From positions 33,851 to 97,850 of the forward strand of contig PMBI01000043.1 of assembly GCA_003153775.1 (NCBI GenBank): a stretch of DNA of 64,000 bases, in the 5' to 3' direction. A program made the translations under genes and the position numbers. Each line of letters opens with the position of its first letter. Position 1 is the stretch's first letter. The notes beneath the pieces were generated by a model. The model searched no databases. It worked only from the letters and a program-made list of their open reading frames with translations, and had not been told where the DNA came from. This document shows positions 20,396 through 29,463 of the stretch, piece after piece. This DNA comes from Syntrophaceae bacterium. Its GTDB lineage: Bacteria > Desulfobacterota > Syntrophia > Syntrophales > UBA2185.

Positions 20396-21655
20396 TTAAT
20401 CCTCGTATAATTTTGAGAGCTCATCCCAGAATCCGGGAAAGGATTTCCCCACGCAATGCCTGTCTTGTATCCTGATCCCGGGTACTGCGAGTCCTGCAAT
20501 TGCAAAACTCATGGCAATCCGGTGATCGTTATATGTCTCAATATGGGCGCCATGCGGTTTCCCTCCGACAACAATAAGCCCGTCCGATGTTTCTTCTGCA
20601 GCCACGCCGATATTCTTCAGTTCACTTACCAGCGCCGCGATGCGGTCACTTTCCTTGACGCGCAGATGGGAAACATTTGTGATAATCGTTTGTCCGCGTC
20701 TGAATGAGGCAAGAACCGCCAGGGTGGGCACCATGTCAGGCATGTTTCCCATATCGAAAAGAAAGTCCCCTTCACGTAACGCCCCACCGGCAACCTCGAC
20801 CCAATGATCTCCGCGGACTACGGAGCAGCCTAAGCTTTCCATGATACCCAGGATATTGATGTCTCCCTGAAGACTTGCCGGGTTGATGTTTACGACCCTG
20901 ACCCGTCCATGGCACAAGGCCGCAGCGAGAAAGAAATAGGATGCGCTCGACACATCTCCCTCTATGATGTACCTCTGTCCCCTGTAATGCTGCCCGCAAC
21001 TCACATTGAATATCTTCCTTTCTCTCGTGCTCACTTCCGCGCCAAAGCGCCCCATCACGTCCACAGTCATGTCTATGTAGGGCTGTGAAACTGTCCTCCC
21101 GGTGAGAGCAACTTGTATATCACCCGCTGCGTAGGGGGCGCCGATGAGGAGCGACGAAATATACTGGCTGCTCTCCACATCTGCAAAGGCGACGTTGCCG
21201 CCTTTTAAGCCCTCTGCAACGATCTTTACCGGAGGATAGCCGTCCCTGCTTTGAAATTGAACTCCCAGGATTCTCAGGGCGTCGAGAAGCGGCCCCAGTG
21301 GCCTTTCGCGAAGACGGCTGCTGCCGTCGAGAATATATTCACCCTTTCCCAGGGAGGCCACTGTCGTCAGGAACCGGAGCGCTGTCCCATTGTTCCCCAG
21401 CATGATCACCCGTCCCGGATTATGGACATTCCCGCCCGTTCCGGTGACCGTAACATCGCTCCCTGAGATAACGATCTCGGCGCCGAGGAAACGCAACGCC
21501 TCCACGAGATACCTCGTATCCTCCGAAATGAGCGCATTGCTGAGCATGGACCTGCCTTCCGCGAGGCATGCAACGACAAGGGCCCTCTGTGTATAGCTCT
21601 TGGAACCGGGAACCTCGACAGTTGCATTCAAACGACGCACCGGTTTAATTTCCAT
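20396..21655 (-). CDS. aroA: 3-phosphoshikimate 1-carboxyvinyltransferase (EPSP synthase)
   Basis: VPGSKSYTQRALV, LGNNGTALRFL, KESDRI and DHRIAMSFA are EPSPS motifs. Confidence 0.93.
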   Translation of the reverse strand: MEIKPVRRLNATVEVPGSKSYTQRALVVACLAEGRSMLSNALISEDTRYLVEALRFLGAEIVISGSDVTVTGTGGNVHNPGRVIMLGNNGTALRFLTTVASLGKGEYILDGSSRLRERPLGPLLDALRILGVQFQSRDGYPPVKIVAEGLKGGNVAFADVESSQYISSLLIGAPYAAGDIQVALTGRTVSQPYIDMTVDVMGRFGAEVSTRERKIFNVSCGQHYRGQRYIIEGDVSSASYFFLAAALCHGRVRVVNINPASLQGDINILGIMESLGCSVVRGDHWVEVAGGALREGDFLFDMGNMPDMVPTLAVLASFRRGQTIITNVSHLRVKESDRIAALVSELKNIGVAAEETSDGLIVVGGKPHGAHIETYNDHRIAMSFAIAGLAVPGIRIQDRHCVGKSFPGFWDELSKLYED

Positions 21656-23180
21656 ATAAGAGGCGCTCCTTCACAACCTGTTTCATAAACTCTCTCGGGG
21701 CTTCCTGCCCTGTCCAGAGCCTGATCTGTTCCGCCCCTTGATTAACGAACATGCCGAGACCCGGTACAGTTATGCACCCTGCCTTTTCAGAATCCCGCAT
21801 CAGTCTCGTCTTCAGGGGATTATAGACAACATCCACGACCCACGGGTAATTAACAAGAATTGCGCCGTTTACGGGTGATTCATCTGCAGTCTGTTTCATG
21901 CCCACGGGCGTTGTATTGATGAGACAATCCGCCCTGACCCTGCCCACCTCCGAGAGAGTGTAAAAAGAGCATCCCCACTCTTTCGCCAGCTTCTCCCCCC
22001 TTGCAACATTTCTATTGACGATAACGGGAATACCTTCTTCTCTCTCGATGCCGAAAATAGCGGCCCGCGCTGTTCCGCCGGCGCCCAGAATGGCAAACAC
22101 CTTCCCTTTGATATCCGTAACGTCGCTGATGGATTGAATAAGACCGATCCAGTCGGTATTGAAGCCCTTCAGCCTGCCGTTATCATTGACGATCGTATTT
22201 ACAGCGCCGATCTTCCGCGCATCAGCATCTACTTCGTCGAGATGTTCCATGACGGCAACCTTAAAAGGCACAGTGACGCTTGCGCCGCAGATGCCAATTC
22301 CCCTCATGCCTCTCACGGCGGAGCCAATATCCTGTATGCAGAACGGCAAATATTTTGCCGCGATTTCCATCTTCTTGAACGCCGCATCGTGCATAAACGG
22401 CGAGAGACTCTGTTTCACAGGATTTCCGAACAGTCCAAAGATCCGCGCATTAGGGGGCACAGATAATTTTCCTTCACTGCGAACGCCACTACCATAAAGA
22501 TTCATGGCATTCTCCATCTCACCGACGGTAAGCTGACCGGGCGCCGAGGCCATTCCGTCATGGAGCGATGCGAAGCTGAGATAAGAACCGAGGAGGGGCG
22601 CCATTATCCTGCTTTGCCTTCCCTCTTCCCCCATGCAGAACGCGATGATATCATTCTTTCTATCGCGGGCGTAAGGGATCAGTCTGAGAACCGTAAAGTT
22701 ATCCTCAGGACTTCTTGCAAGAGTGACTATTTTGGCAACGCCGGCGCCGCTTTCCATACAGTCTTGGTAAATGTCCTTCAATGTTTCGAATGACGGCGTT
22801 TTGCTGAAATCATGGTGCGAAATTATCACTCTGGTCCGGTTGCCGTGGGAGCTTGCCGCTGCCAGCACATCCAGGCGAAGACGCTCCGCCGTATCAAGTT
22901 CAACGTCGACATAATCCGCGCCAAGGCGGACAGCCTCTTTCAGCAAAGCGATCCTCTCTCCCTCTCCTCTGCTTTCCTCAGACGGCAAAGATCCCTTTCT
23001 TCTGTTCGTGACCAATATCTTGACGGGAATTGGATATGATCTGCACCTCTCCATCAACGTTCTTAAGTCCGCAGTTATCAAATCCATTCTCAACTCCAAG
23101 ACGTGGGCGCGTGACAGACCCATCTCTATCTGGAGCAGAGCCTCTTCCTGTGTGTTTCCTGTGACGGGAATACAGATCAT
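21645..23180 (-). CDS. bifunctional type I 3-dehydroquinate dehydratase / shikimate dehydrogenase
   Basis: The N-terminal half matches AroD type I (ICIPVTG, LELRMD, SHHDF, AKIVT). The C-terminal half matches AroE (GNPVKQSLSPFMHDAAF, LGAGGTARAA). The start is set at the ATG at 23180, which forms an ATGA overlap with the pheA stop. The listed ORF extends to 23255. Confidence 0.88.
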   Translation of the reverse strand: MICIPVTGNTQEEALLQIEMGLSRAHVLELRMDLITADLRTLMERCRSYPIPVKILVTNRRKGSLPSEESRGEGERIALLKEAVRLGADYVDVELDTAERLRLDVLAAASSHGNRTRVIISHHDFSKTPSFETLKDIYQDCMESGAGVAKIVTLARSPEDNFTVLRLIPYARDRKNDIIAFCMGEEGRQSRIMAPLLGSYLSFASLHDGMASAPGQLTVGEMENAMNLYGSGVRSEGKLSVPPNARIFGLFGNPVKQSLSPFMHDAAFKKMEIAAKYLPFCIQDIGSAVRGMRGIGICGASVTVPFKVAVMEHLDEVDADARKIGAVNTIVNDNGRLKGFNTDWIGLIQSISDVTDIKGKVFAILGAGGTARAAIFGIEREEGIPVIVNRNVARGEKLAKEWGCSFYTLSEVGRVRADCLINTTPVGMKQTADESPVNGAILVNYPWVVDVVYNPLKTRLMRDSEKAGCITVPGLGMFVNQGAEQIRLWTGQEAPREFMKQVVKERLLYGN

Positions 23181-24259
23181 CGTGTCTCCTCGCCCCTGGG
23201 ATATGATCCGAGGATCTTCAGGAAATTGGTCTTCCCCCTTACGGCTCTCATACATTTCCTGATTTCCGGGTCATCTGCGTGACCGGAAAAATCAACAAAG
23301 AAGAGATACTCCCATAACCTCTCTCTGAGGGGATATGATTCGATCTTCATCAGGTTAATCCGGCGCAGAACAAATGGCTCCAATGCATGATACAAGGCGC
23401 CCGGTACATGGGGAGTCCCAAAAATGATGGAAGTCTTATCGAGTCCCGTTCTCTTGGTTTCACCTTCTCCTATGACCAGAAATCGCGTCGTATTCGAAGG
23501 ATTGTCTTCGATACCTTCGGAAAGTATATTGAGCCCGTACGTGGTGGCAGCAAGGCGACTCCCTATGGCGGCGCCATATTTATCCTCCCTGACAATCCGG
23601 GCTGCAGCAGCGGTGCTTTCTGCCTCGGCAAGCGCACAGCGGGGAAGATTGGTGCGCAGCCATCCCTGGCACTGCGCCAGCACCTGGGGAACCGAATAGA
23701 CCCGCTTGATCCTGTCCATTCTCCTGCCCGGTGCAAGCAGGCAGTGGCTGATCCTGAGAAAAATCTCCGCCCGGATCTTAAGAGGGGTCAATATCAATCG
23801 ATCGAGGGTCAGGTTAACGGAACCTTCGAGAGAATTTTCCACGGGGACAACCCCCCATTGCACCTTCCCTTTCTCAACTTCGTCAAAGACATGAAAGATC
23901 GATGCCTGAGGGATAAAACCGGTGCTTGTGCCGAAATAGGACTCTGCTGCAAGATGGCTGAATGTCGCATGCGGCCCCAGAAAGGCAACAGTAACGGGCT
24001 TCTGCAAGGCCCGCGAAGCGGAAATGATTTCCCTGAATATTGCCTTCAGGTATTTTTCAGGCAGCGTCCCTTCATTCACCTCTGCCAGGTATTCAAACAG
24101 TTTCGCTTCCTGCGAGGCGTCAAACACATCCAGTCCCTTTTTTGCCTTATCCCTACCTATTTTCATGGACAGCAGTGCCCTCTCATTGAGCAGCTTTACA
24201 ATCCTGCCGTCCGTTTCCTTGAGATCACGCCGGAGGCGCTCAAGTGAGGATAATCTCAT
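23177..24259 (-). CDS. pheA: bifunctional chorismate mutase / prephenate dehydratase (P-protein)
   Basis: It has an N-terminal CM helix (LRRDLKETDGRIVKLLNERALLSMKIGRDK), PDT motifs (VAFLGPHATFSH, VPVENSLEGSV, TRF) and a C-terminal ACT domain. Confidence 0.9.
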   Translation of the reverse strand: MRLSSLERLRRDLKETDGRIVKLLNERALLSMKIGRDKAKKGLDVFDASQEAKLFEYLAEVNEGTLPEKYLKAIFREIISASRALQKPVTVAFLGPHATFSHLAAESYFGTSTGFIPQASIFHVFDEVEKGKVQWGVVPVENSLEGSVNLTLDRLILTPLKIRAEIFLRISHCLLAPGRRMDRIKRVYSVPQVLAQCQGWLRTNLPRCALAEAESTAAAARIVREDKYGAAIGSRLAATTYGLNILSEGIEDNPSNTTRFLVIGEGETKRTGLDKTSIIFGTPHVPGALYHALEPFVLRRINLMKIESYPLRERLWEYLFFVDFSGHADDPEIRKCMRAVRGKTNFLKILGSYPRGEETR

Positions 24260-25350
24260 TTCTTCATTTCCTCCACCGTTTCACGCAGAACCGCTTCCGG
24301 AACGCCTCCGTTTATAAAAGGCATTCCCATCTTCTTAAGCAGGACGAAATGAATCCTGTCACCTTCTTTTTTCTTGTCCGCCCTTAACCTTGTCATGATG
24401 CCGTCCGTTGTTATTGTTTGCGGAATACGGCAGGAGAGGCCCGCACTTTCCAGCAAGTGTTCAATCCTCTCCCTATCCCTGCGTGGAAAATCATGCATGC
24501 CCTCTGATATCCTTGCGGCAGCGACCATGCCTATGGAAACGGCGGCCCCATGGGAAATAGTAAAATTAGACTCAGCTTCGATGGCGTGTCCTATAGTATG
24601 ACCGAAGTTCAGCACACGGCGCATCCCCATCTCCTTTTCGTCTATTTCAACGATACCCTTCTTTATCCTGCAGGCATTTCCAATCATCTCCTCAAGAAGA
24701 TCCCGATCCCTCTCTTTGATTGCCTCAATATTTCTCTCCAAAAAATCAAAGACCTCCACACTATCGATGACACCATATTTGATCGCCTCGGCAAGGCCGC
24801 TGTTCATCTCTTCTTCGGGAAGTGTATCCAGAAACTTCACGTCGATGAACACTCCCTTCGGTTGGTAAAAGGTCCCAAGCAGGTTTTTCCCTTCCGGAAG
24901 ATCTATCGCCGTCTTCCCGCCGATGCTGCTGTCTACCTGGGCCACGAGGGTTGTGGGAATCTGGATATAGGGAATAGATCTCATGAACGTAGACGCGATG
25001 AAACCTGTCACGTCACCGACGACGCCGCCCCCCAGGGCGAGGAGAGCTGATTTTCGGTCAGCTCCGAGTTTTATCAATCTCTCCACTATGGCTACGGTAG
25101 TGCCGATGCTTTTTGCGTCCTCCCCCGCCGGAAACTCGATCATATCCGCCGGGAGCGCCATCTCTCTCAACCTGCCGAGGAGCTTCATTCCATAGATTGC
25201 CGAGACATTGACATCAGTAATGACAATGTAATGAAGGGCCGGCATATGCTTCGCGATGAGCAGTCCTATCCGGTCAAGAACGTCGTATCCGATGCATATG
25301 TCGTACGAGGAGGCTACTCTTTTATCCAGATTGACCTTCATACTCTTCAT
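24256..25350 (-). CDS. aroB: 3-dehydroquinate synthase
   Basis: [26 protein letters not shown] and [11 protein letters not shown] are DHQS motifs. Confidence 0.92.
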   Translation of the reverse strand: MKSMKVNLDKRVASSYDICIGYDVLDRIGLLIAKHMPALHYIVITDVNVSAIYGMKLLGRLREMALPADMIEFPAGEDAKSIGTTVAIVERLIKLGADRKSALLALGGGVVGDVTGFIASTFMRSIPYIQIPTTLVAQVDSSIGGKTAIDLPEGKNLLGTFYQPKGVFIDVKFLDTLPEEEMNSGLAEAIKYGVIDSVEVFDFLERNIEAIKERDRDLLEEMIGNACRIKKGIVEIDEKEMGMRRVLNFGHTIGHAIEAESNFTISHGAAVSIGMVAAARISEGMHDFPRRDRERIEHLLESAGLSCRIPQTITTDGIMTRLRADKKKEGDRIHFVLLKKMGMPFINGGVPEAVLRETVEEMKK

Positions 25351-26375
25351 CGGAGCACCTGCTTCCCTTTCTTCATAACGCCCTCGAGATTTTTTATTTC
25401 TTCCATTAGCTGGTAGAATTTTTCCGGCTTGAGAGATTGACCGCCGTCGGAAACGGCCTTCTCGGGCTCGGGATGAACCTCCACGAGGAGTCCATCAGCT
25501 CCAACGGCCATGGCCGCCCTGCTCAGAGGAATCACATATTTCCAGTTGCCCGCTGCATGACTGGGGTCAACTATGACCGGAAGATGGGTTAATTCTTTCA
25601 AAACCGGAACCGCGCTGATGTCCAGTGTGTTGCGGGTGGCGGTCTCAAAGGTACGAATGCCTCTCTCACAGAGAATGACCTGATTGTTTCCTGAAGAGAG
25701 GATGTATTCCGCTGACATCAGCAGTTCCTCAATCGTGGTCATCATTCCCCGCTTCAACAGAACCGGTTTCTTTGACTGGCCAACTTTCTTGAGAAGGGGG
25801 AAGTTCTGGACATTGCGCGCCCCGACCTGCATTATATCAGCATAAGCCTCAACGAGATCGACGTCTGTCGTATTCATGACTTCCGTAACAACGGGCAAAC
25901 CCGTTTTTTCCCTGGCCTTCGCCAAGAGCTTGAGGCCCTCTTCTTCCATGCCCTGGAAACTGTATGGGGATGTCCTCGGCTTGAATGCTCCGCCCCTGAG
26001 GAGGTGCGCATTCCCCTTCTTTACAATATAGGCGCTTTCCATTACCTGTTCTTCACTCTCCACGGAACAAGGGCCGGCCATGACTATGAAACGGGGACCG
26101 CCGATCTCCACTTCGCCCACCCTGATGATGGTATCCTCTTCCCTGGACTCACGGCTCGCCAGTTTATACGGCTTAAGGATGGATACGACCTTTTCTACCC
26201 CGGCGATTGATTCTGCAGACTTCAGGAAGGCCTTGCCCCGCTCGTCACCGACTGCACCTATGATAGCCCGTTCCACACCCCGTGAAGGATGGGCGTTGTA
26301 GCCCACAGATTCTATCCAGGCAATAACGTTCTCAATCTGTCCTTCGGTTGCGCCTTTCTTCATCACAATAATCAC
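25347..26375 (-). CDS. 3-deoxy-7-phosphoheptulonate (DAHP) synthase, type I-beta with N-terminal ferredoxin-like regulatory domain
   Basis: The catalytic barrel motifs are [23 protein letters not shown] and DPSH. A ~70-aa N-terminal extension resembles the Thermotoga-type allosteric domain. The start is GTG at 26375 with a GGGAG RBS. Confidence 0.88.
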   Translation of the reverse strand: MIIVMKKGATEGQIENVIAWIESVGYNAHPSRGVERAIIGAVGDERGKAFLKSAESIAGVEKVVSILKPYKLASRESREEDTIIRVGEVEIGGPRFIVMAGPCSVESEEQVMESAYIVKKGNAHLLRGGAFKPRTSPYSFQGMEEEGLKLLAKAREKTGLPVVTEVMNTTDVDLVEAYADIMQVGARNVQNFPLLKKVGQSKKPVLLKRGMMTTIEELLMSAEYILSSGNNQVILCERGIRTFETATRNTLDISAVPVLKELTHLPVIVDPSHAAGNWKYVIPLSRAAMAVGADGLLVEVHPEPEKAVSDGGQSLKPEKFYQLMEEIKNLEGVMKKGKQVLR

Positions 26376-26526
26376 GATTCTCCCCTTTCAAAATTAAGTC
26401 TAAGAGTCTCCGCCCGCTTCACTCGCCCGCAGGCAATTAGACTGCGTCCTTCTCTCAAGGCCGTGCTTGACCGGACGCACTTCCTGCAAGTTCCGCTTTG
26501 TATGCGGGGACAGGTCTTATGGAATT

Positions 26527-26560
26527 AAAAAAGGCCATGGAAACATCTCTTCCCATGGCC
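26527..26560 (-). terminator. intrinsic terminator/attenuator hairpin B in the aro leader
   Basis: On the minus strand GGCCATGG (26560-26553), a 12-nt loop and CCATGGCC (26540-26533) are followed by TTTTTT (26532-26527). Confidence 0.7.
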
Positions 26561-26563
26561 TCA

Positions 26564-26608
26564 CAAAATAAAAAGCCATGGGCAGCTTCCCTCAGTCTAC
26601 CCATGGCT
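26564..26608 (-). terminator. intrinsic terminator/attenuator hairpin A in the aro leader
   Basis: On the minus strand AGCCATGGG (26608-26600), a 17-nt loop and CCCATGGCT (26582-26574) are followed by TTTTATTTTG. Confidence 0.7.
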
Positions 26609-26817
26609 CTTATGTCTCATTTAACTGGCGCTAATACCTCCTGAGCAACAGGCAGACCAATAGGTAATAGTAGTTCCAGTAATAAAAGCCTTTGTTCAAC
26701 CCGTTTGTGTTCATTCTGTCCACCACGCTCATTAACAATCGTTGTGCCGAGAAAACCATAAGCGGAAACCATTGTCAAGAAAAAAAATGAGATTCGCACA
26801 TATTGTCTATTGCAAAA

Positions 26818-26826
26818 ATTATATCA
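26818..26826 (-). promoter_or_regulatory. candidate extended -10 promoter (TGATATAAT) for the aro leader transcript
   Basis: The minus strand reads TG-A-TATAAT at 26826-26818. No well-spaced -35 is present (a TTGACT lies 21 nt upstream). I found no sigma70-like promoter between terminator B and the DAHP synthase start. Confidence 0.4.
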
Positions 26827-26892
26827 CCGTGTTTTATTTAACAAAGTCAAGAAGTGGACGGATGATCCTTCTGAAATGAAAGAAGACAGATT

Positions 26893-28332
26893 ATGATAGA
26901 TAGCGTCTGGTCAATGCTGCAGAGCCTGCGGATTCAGGACGTCCTTGACATTGCCATCATATCGATAGCCATTTCCGTACTCCTGATATGGATTAAAGAC
27001 AGGGCATCACGTTTTGTTTTCATCGGCATCAGTCTCCTGGGTTTTATCTATGTCATCGCCAAATTCTTCCAGCTTTACCTTACCACAGTCGTCTTACAGG
27101 GATTTTTTGCCATCCTTCTTTTCGTTCTCGTTGTTATATTTCAGGAAGACCTCCGGAGATTCTTTGAACGTCTTGCGATTCTAGGCATCATCAGGAAAAA
27201 GATTCAAAGGACGACATCACACGGACAGACCTCTGAAATCATAGCACAGACTGTAGCCGATCTTGCCCGTAAGCATATCGGCGCTCTGATCGTTATCCAG
27301 GGAAATGATCCTCTTGACAGACACCTCAGCGGCGGCGTGGAACTGAATGGCAGTCTCAGCGAGCCTCTCTTGGAAAGCATTTTTGATCCTCATTCCGTAG
27401 GCCATGACGGCGCTGTTGTTATCGACGGAAACGTAGTAACTCGTTTTGGATGCCATCTGCCCCTATCTCCGAATGCCAGTCGTTACAAAAATCTTGGTCT
27501 TCGCCACACCGCCGCCCTTGGCCTCTCTGAACGGTCGGATGCCATTTCCATAGTTGTTTCGGAAGAAAGGGGAACCATCTGCATTGCCGAAGGTGAAAGG
27601 ATCAGGGATGTAAACGCGTCGGCCCTCAAGGGTGTCCTGGTAACTTATTATACAAGCAAAGCACCCGTAAAGAAGCCTGGACCTATTGCACGATGGTTAA
27701 AAGAAAATACGAAGGAGAAGGTCATCGCCGTTATCCTTGCCTGTACCCTCTGGATGATTTTCGGATACCAGAGAGAATCAATACAGAAGGATCTTACCAT
27801 ACCTGTCGAATACCTGAACATACCTCCTGAATGGGTAATCGAAGAGCCGAAAATTTCTGAGGCCAGGGTAATGCTTGTTGGTCCTCCGCAGGCCTTTCAG
27901 ATCCTGAATATGGATGCACTCAAGATATCCTTGAATCTGTCACAGATACAGGAAGGCAGACAGGATATAGTACTCACGAAAGACATGATAGATGCTCCTT
28001 CAAACATTACCATAGTAGGGATCAAGCCCAGCCGCATCACCGTCACTGCTTCGCGGTTTGTCCATGTTTCCGTTCCTGTTGAGGTTGTAACTGAAAATGC
28101 GCCGCCTCCGGGAATTGCCGTCCAGAAGATCACAGTAACACCTCCGTCGATTGCGGTTCTGGTACCGGGCAAGCTGCTTCACACTAAAATAAGGATACGG
28201 ACGGCACCGATTGACCTGCGGCCACTGACTTCAACAACTACATTTACACCGAGGCTGATCGTGCCCCCGGAGGTTCAATTCGAGGGCAGAAGAGAGCCAT
28301 CCGTAAAAGTGGTAATCAAGACAAGGAGCTGA
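26893..28332 (+). CDS. diadenylate cyclase (CdaA/DisA_N domain) fused to C-terminal YbbR-like (CdaR) domains
   Basis: There are three N-terminal TM helices. The DAC domain carries HDGAVVI (the DGA motif), GLRHTAALGLSE and VSEERG. A further TM helix is followed by ~200 aa of repeated beta-rich YbbR-like sequence (TIPVEYLNIP..., VSVPVEVV..., VTPPSIAV...). Confidence 0.8.
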   Translation: MIDSVWSMLQSLRIQDVLDIAIISIAISVLLIWIKDRASRFVFIGISLLGFIYVIAKFFQLYLTTVVLQGFFAILLFVLVVIFQEDLRRFFERLAILGIIRKKIQRTTSHGQTSEIIAQTVADLARKHIGALIVIQGNDPLDRHLSGGVELNGSLSEPLLESIFDPHSVGHDGAVVIDGNVVTRFGCHLPLSPNASRYKNLGLRHTAALGLSERSDAISIVVSEERGTICIAEGERIRDVNASALKGVLVTYYTSKAPVKKPGPIARWLKENTKEKVIAVILACTLWMIFGYQRESIQKDLTIPVEYLNIPPEWVIEEPKISEARVMLVGPPQAFQILNMDALKISLNLSQIQEGRQDIVLTKDMIDAPSNITIVGIKPSRITVTASRFVHVSVPVEVVTENAPPPGIAVQKITVTPPSIAVLVPGKLLHTKIRIRTAPIDLRPLTSTTTFTPRLIVPPEVQFEGRREPSVKVVIKTRS

Positions 28333-29405
28333 TGATCATGTCCAGATGGCTCAAGAAGAGATCCGGAAAGACCGGTCTTTCCCCGGGGTCTCTCGTTCAT
28401 ATAGGAGAGCGGTTGACCGAAAGTACAAAAATTACTGTGTTGAACTACGACGAAGCCCACATCGAGGAGAAGGAAGTTAGCACGGCCAGTGAATGCTGGC
28501 AATTCAAGGATCGTCCAACAGTCACCTGGATACATATCAATGGCATTCATGACGTAAAGGCACTCGAAGAGTTGGGAACCATCTTCAGCCTGCATCCCCT
28601 CACCCAGGAAGATATCCTGAATTCCGACCAGCGCCCCAAGATGGAGGATTTCTGTGATTACATCTATATCGTTCTCAAAGCTTTTTACAGCAATGACGGT
28701 CAGGCAAGCGAGGTCCATTCCGAACAGATAAGCATCATCCTCGGCCGGACATTTGTCATATCCTTCCAGGAAAGGGAAACAGACATATTCAGACTCGTCC
28801 GGGAGAGAATCCGCGCCGGCAAAGGACGGCTTAGAAGATCTGGAGCGGATTACCTGGCATATGCCCTCATCGATTCGATAGTCGACAACTATTTTATTAT
28901 TCTCGAACAAGTGGGTGAGCGAATTGAGGTCCTCGAGGAATCACTGATCAAAAGCCCCTCGGCAGAAATACTTCAGGCCATACAAAGCCTGAAACGAGAA
29001 ATGATTTTTTTGAGAAAAACGGTCTGGCCCCTGCGGGAAGCCATCAGCAGTCTTGAACGCACGGGATGCCACCTGGTGAAGGAATCTACGGATGTTTACC
29101 TGAAAGACATTTATGATCATACGATCCAGGTGATAGATACCATAGAGACCTTCCGGGACATGCTTTCCGGCATACTTGACATATATCTCTCAAGCATCAG
29201 TAACAGAATGAATGAAATTATGAAAGTGCTAACCATTATCGCCACAATATTCATGCCACTGACATTCTTAGCCGGCGTATACGGCATGAACTTCAAGTAT
29301 ATGCCGGAACTCGAATGGCACTGGGGATATTTCTCAATCTGGGGCATTATGCTGGCCATCGCCATCTCCATGTTGATGTATTTCAGAAGGAAGAGATGGT
29401 TATGA
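28332..29405 (+). CDS. corA: magnesium/cobalt transporter CorA
   Basis: The C-terminal YGMNF (GMN motif) sits between two TM helices, and the protein is 357 aa. The ATG shares one base with the upstream TGA (TGATG). Confidence 0.9.
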   Translation: MIMSRWLKKRSGKTGLSPGSLVHIGERLTESTKITVLNYDEAHIEEKEVSTASECWQFKDRPTVTWIHINGIHDVKALEELGTIFSLHPLTQEDILNSDQRPKMEDFCDYIYIVLKAFYSNDGQASEVHSEQISIILGRTFVISFQERETDIFRLVRERIRAGKGRLRRSGADYLAYALIDSIVDNYFIILEQVGERIEVLEESLIKSPSAEILQAIQSLKREMIFLRKTVWPLREAISSLERTGCHLVKESTDVYLKDIYDHTIQVIDTIETFRDMLSGILDIYLSSISNRMNEIMKVLTIIATIFMPLTFLAGVYGMNFKYMPELEWHWGYFSIWGIMLAIAISMLMYFRRKRWL

Positions 29406-29463
29406 ATAGGGGTCTTTTATCAGATGCGTATACGACAGTATGTTTGATATGAACCATTTGATG

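Noticed and set aside
23387-24247. A 286-aa plus-strand ORF.
   Set aside because: It is antisense to pheA. It has no motifs and would break the tightly coupled aro operon.
26617-26799. A 60-aa ORF (MRISFFF...) considered as a Phe-rich leader peptide for aro attenuation. An 8-codon ORF, MCESHFFS at ~26792, was also considered.
   Set aside because: The long ORF starts at a GTG ~12 nt from the predicted TSS with no RBS. Its Phe codons lie ~170 nt from the terminators. Stalling there would favour termination, the wrong logic for a biosynthetic operon. It is kept only as a note inside the leader finding, not called as a gene.
26620-26810. A T-box riboswitch upstream of the aro operon.
   Set aside because: I looked for the conserved T-box sequence (AANNNGGGTGGTACCGCG-like) and a specifier-loop/AGAGA arrangement. 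I found only a weak resemblance (AATGAGCGTGGTGGACAG), and the terminator arms do not follow T-box antiterminator logic. A covariance-model search is needed to be sure.
28275-28910. A 211-aa minus-strand ORF.
   Set aside because: It is antisense to corA, which has a clear GMN motif and TM topology. The ORF has no family resemblance.
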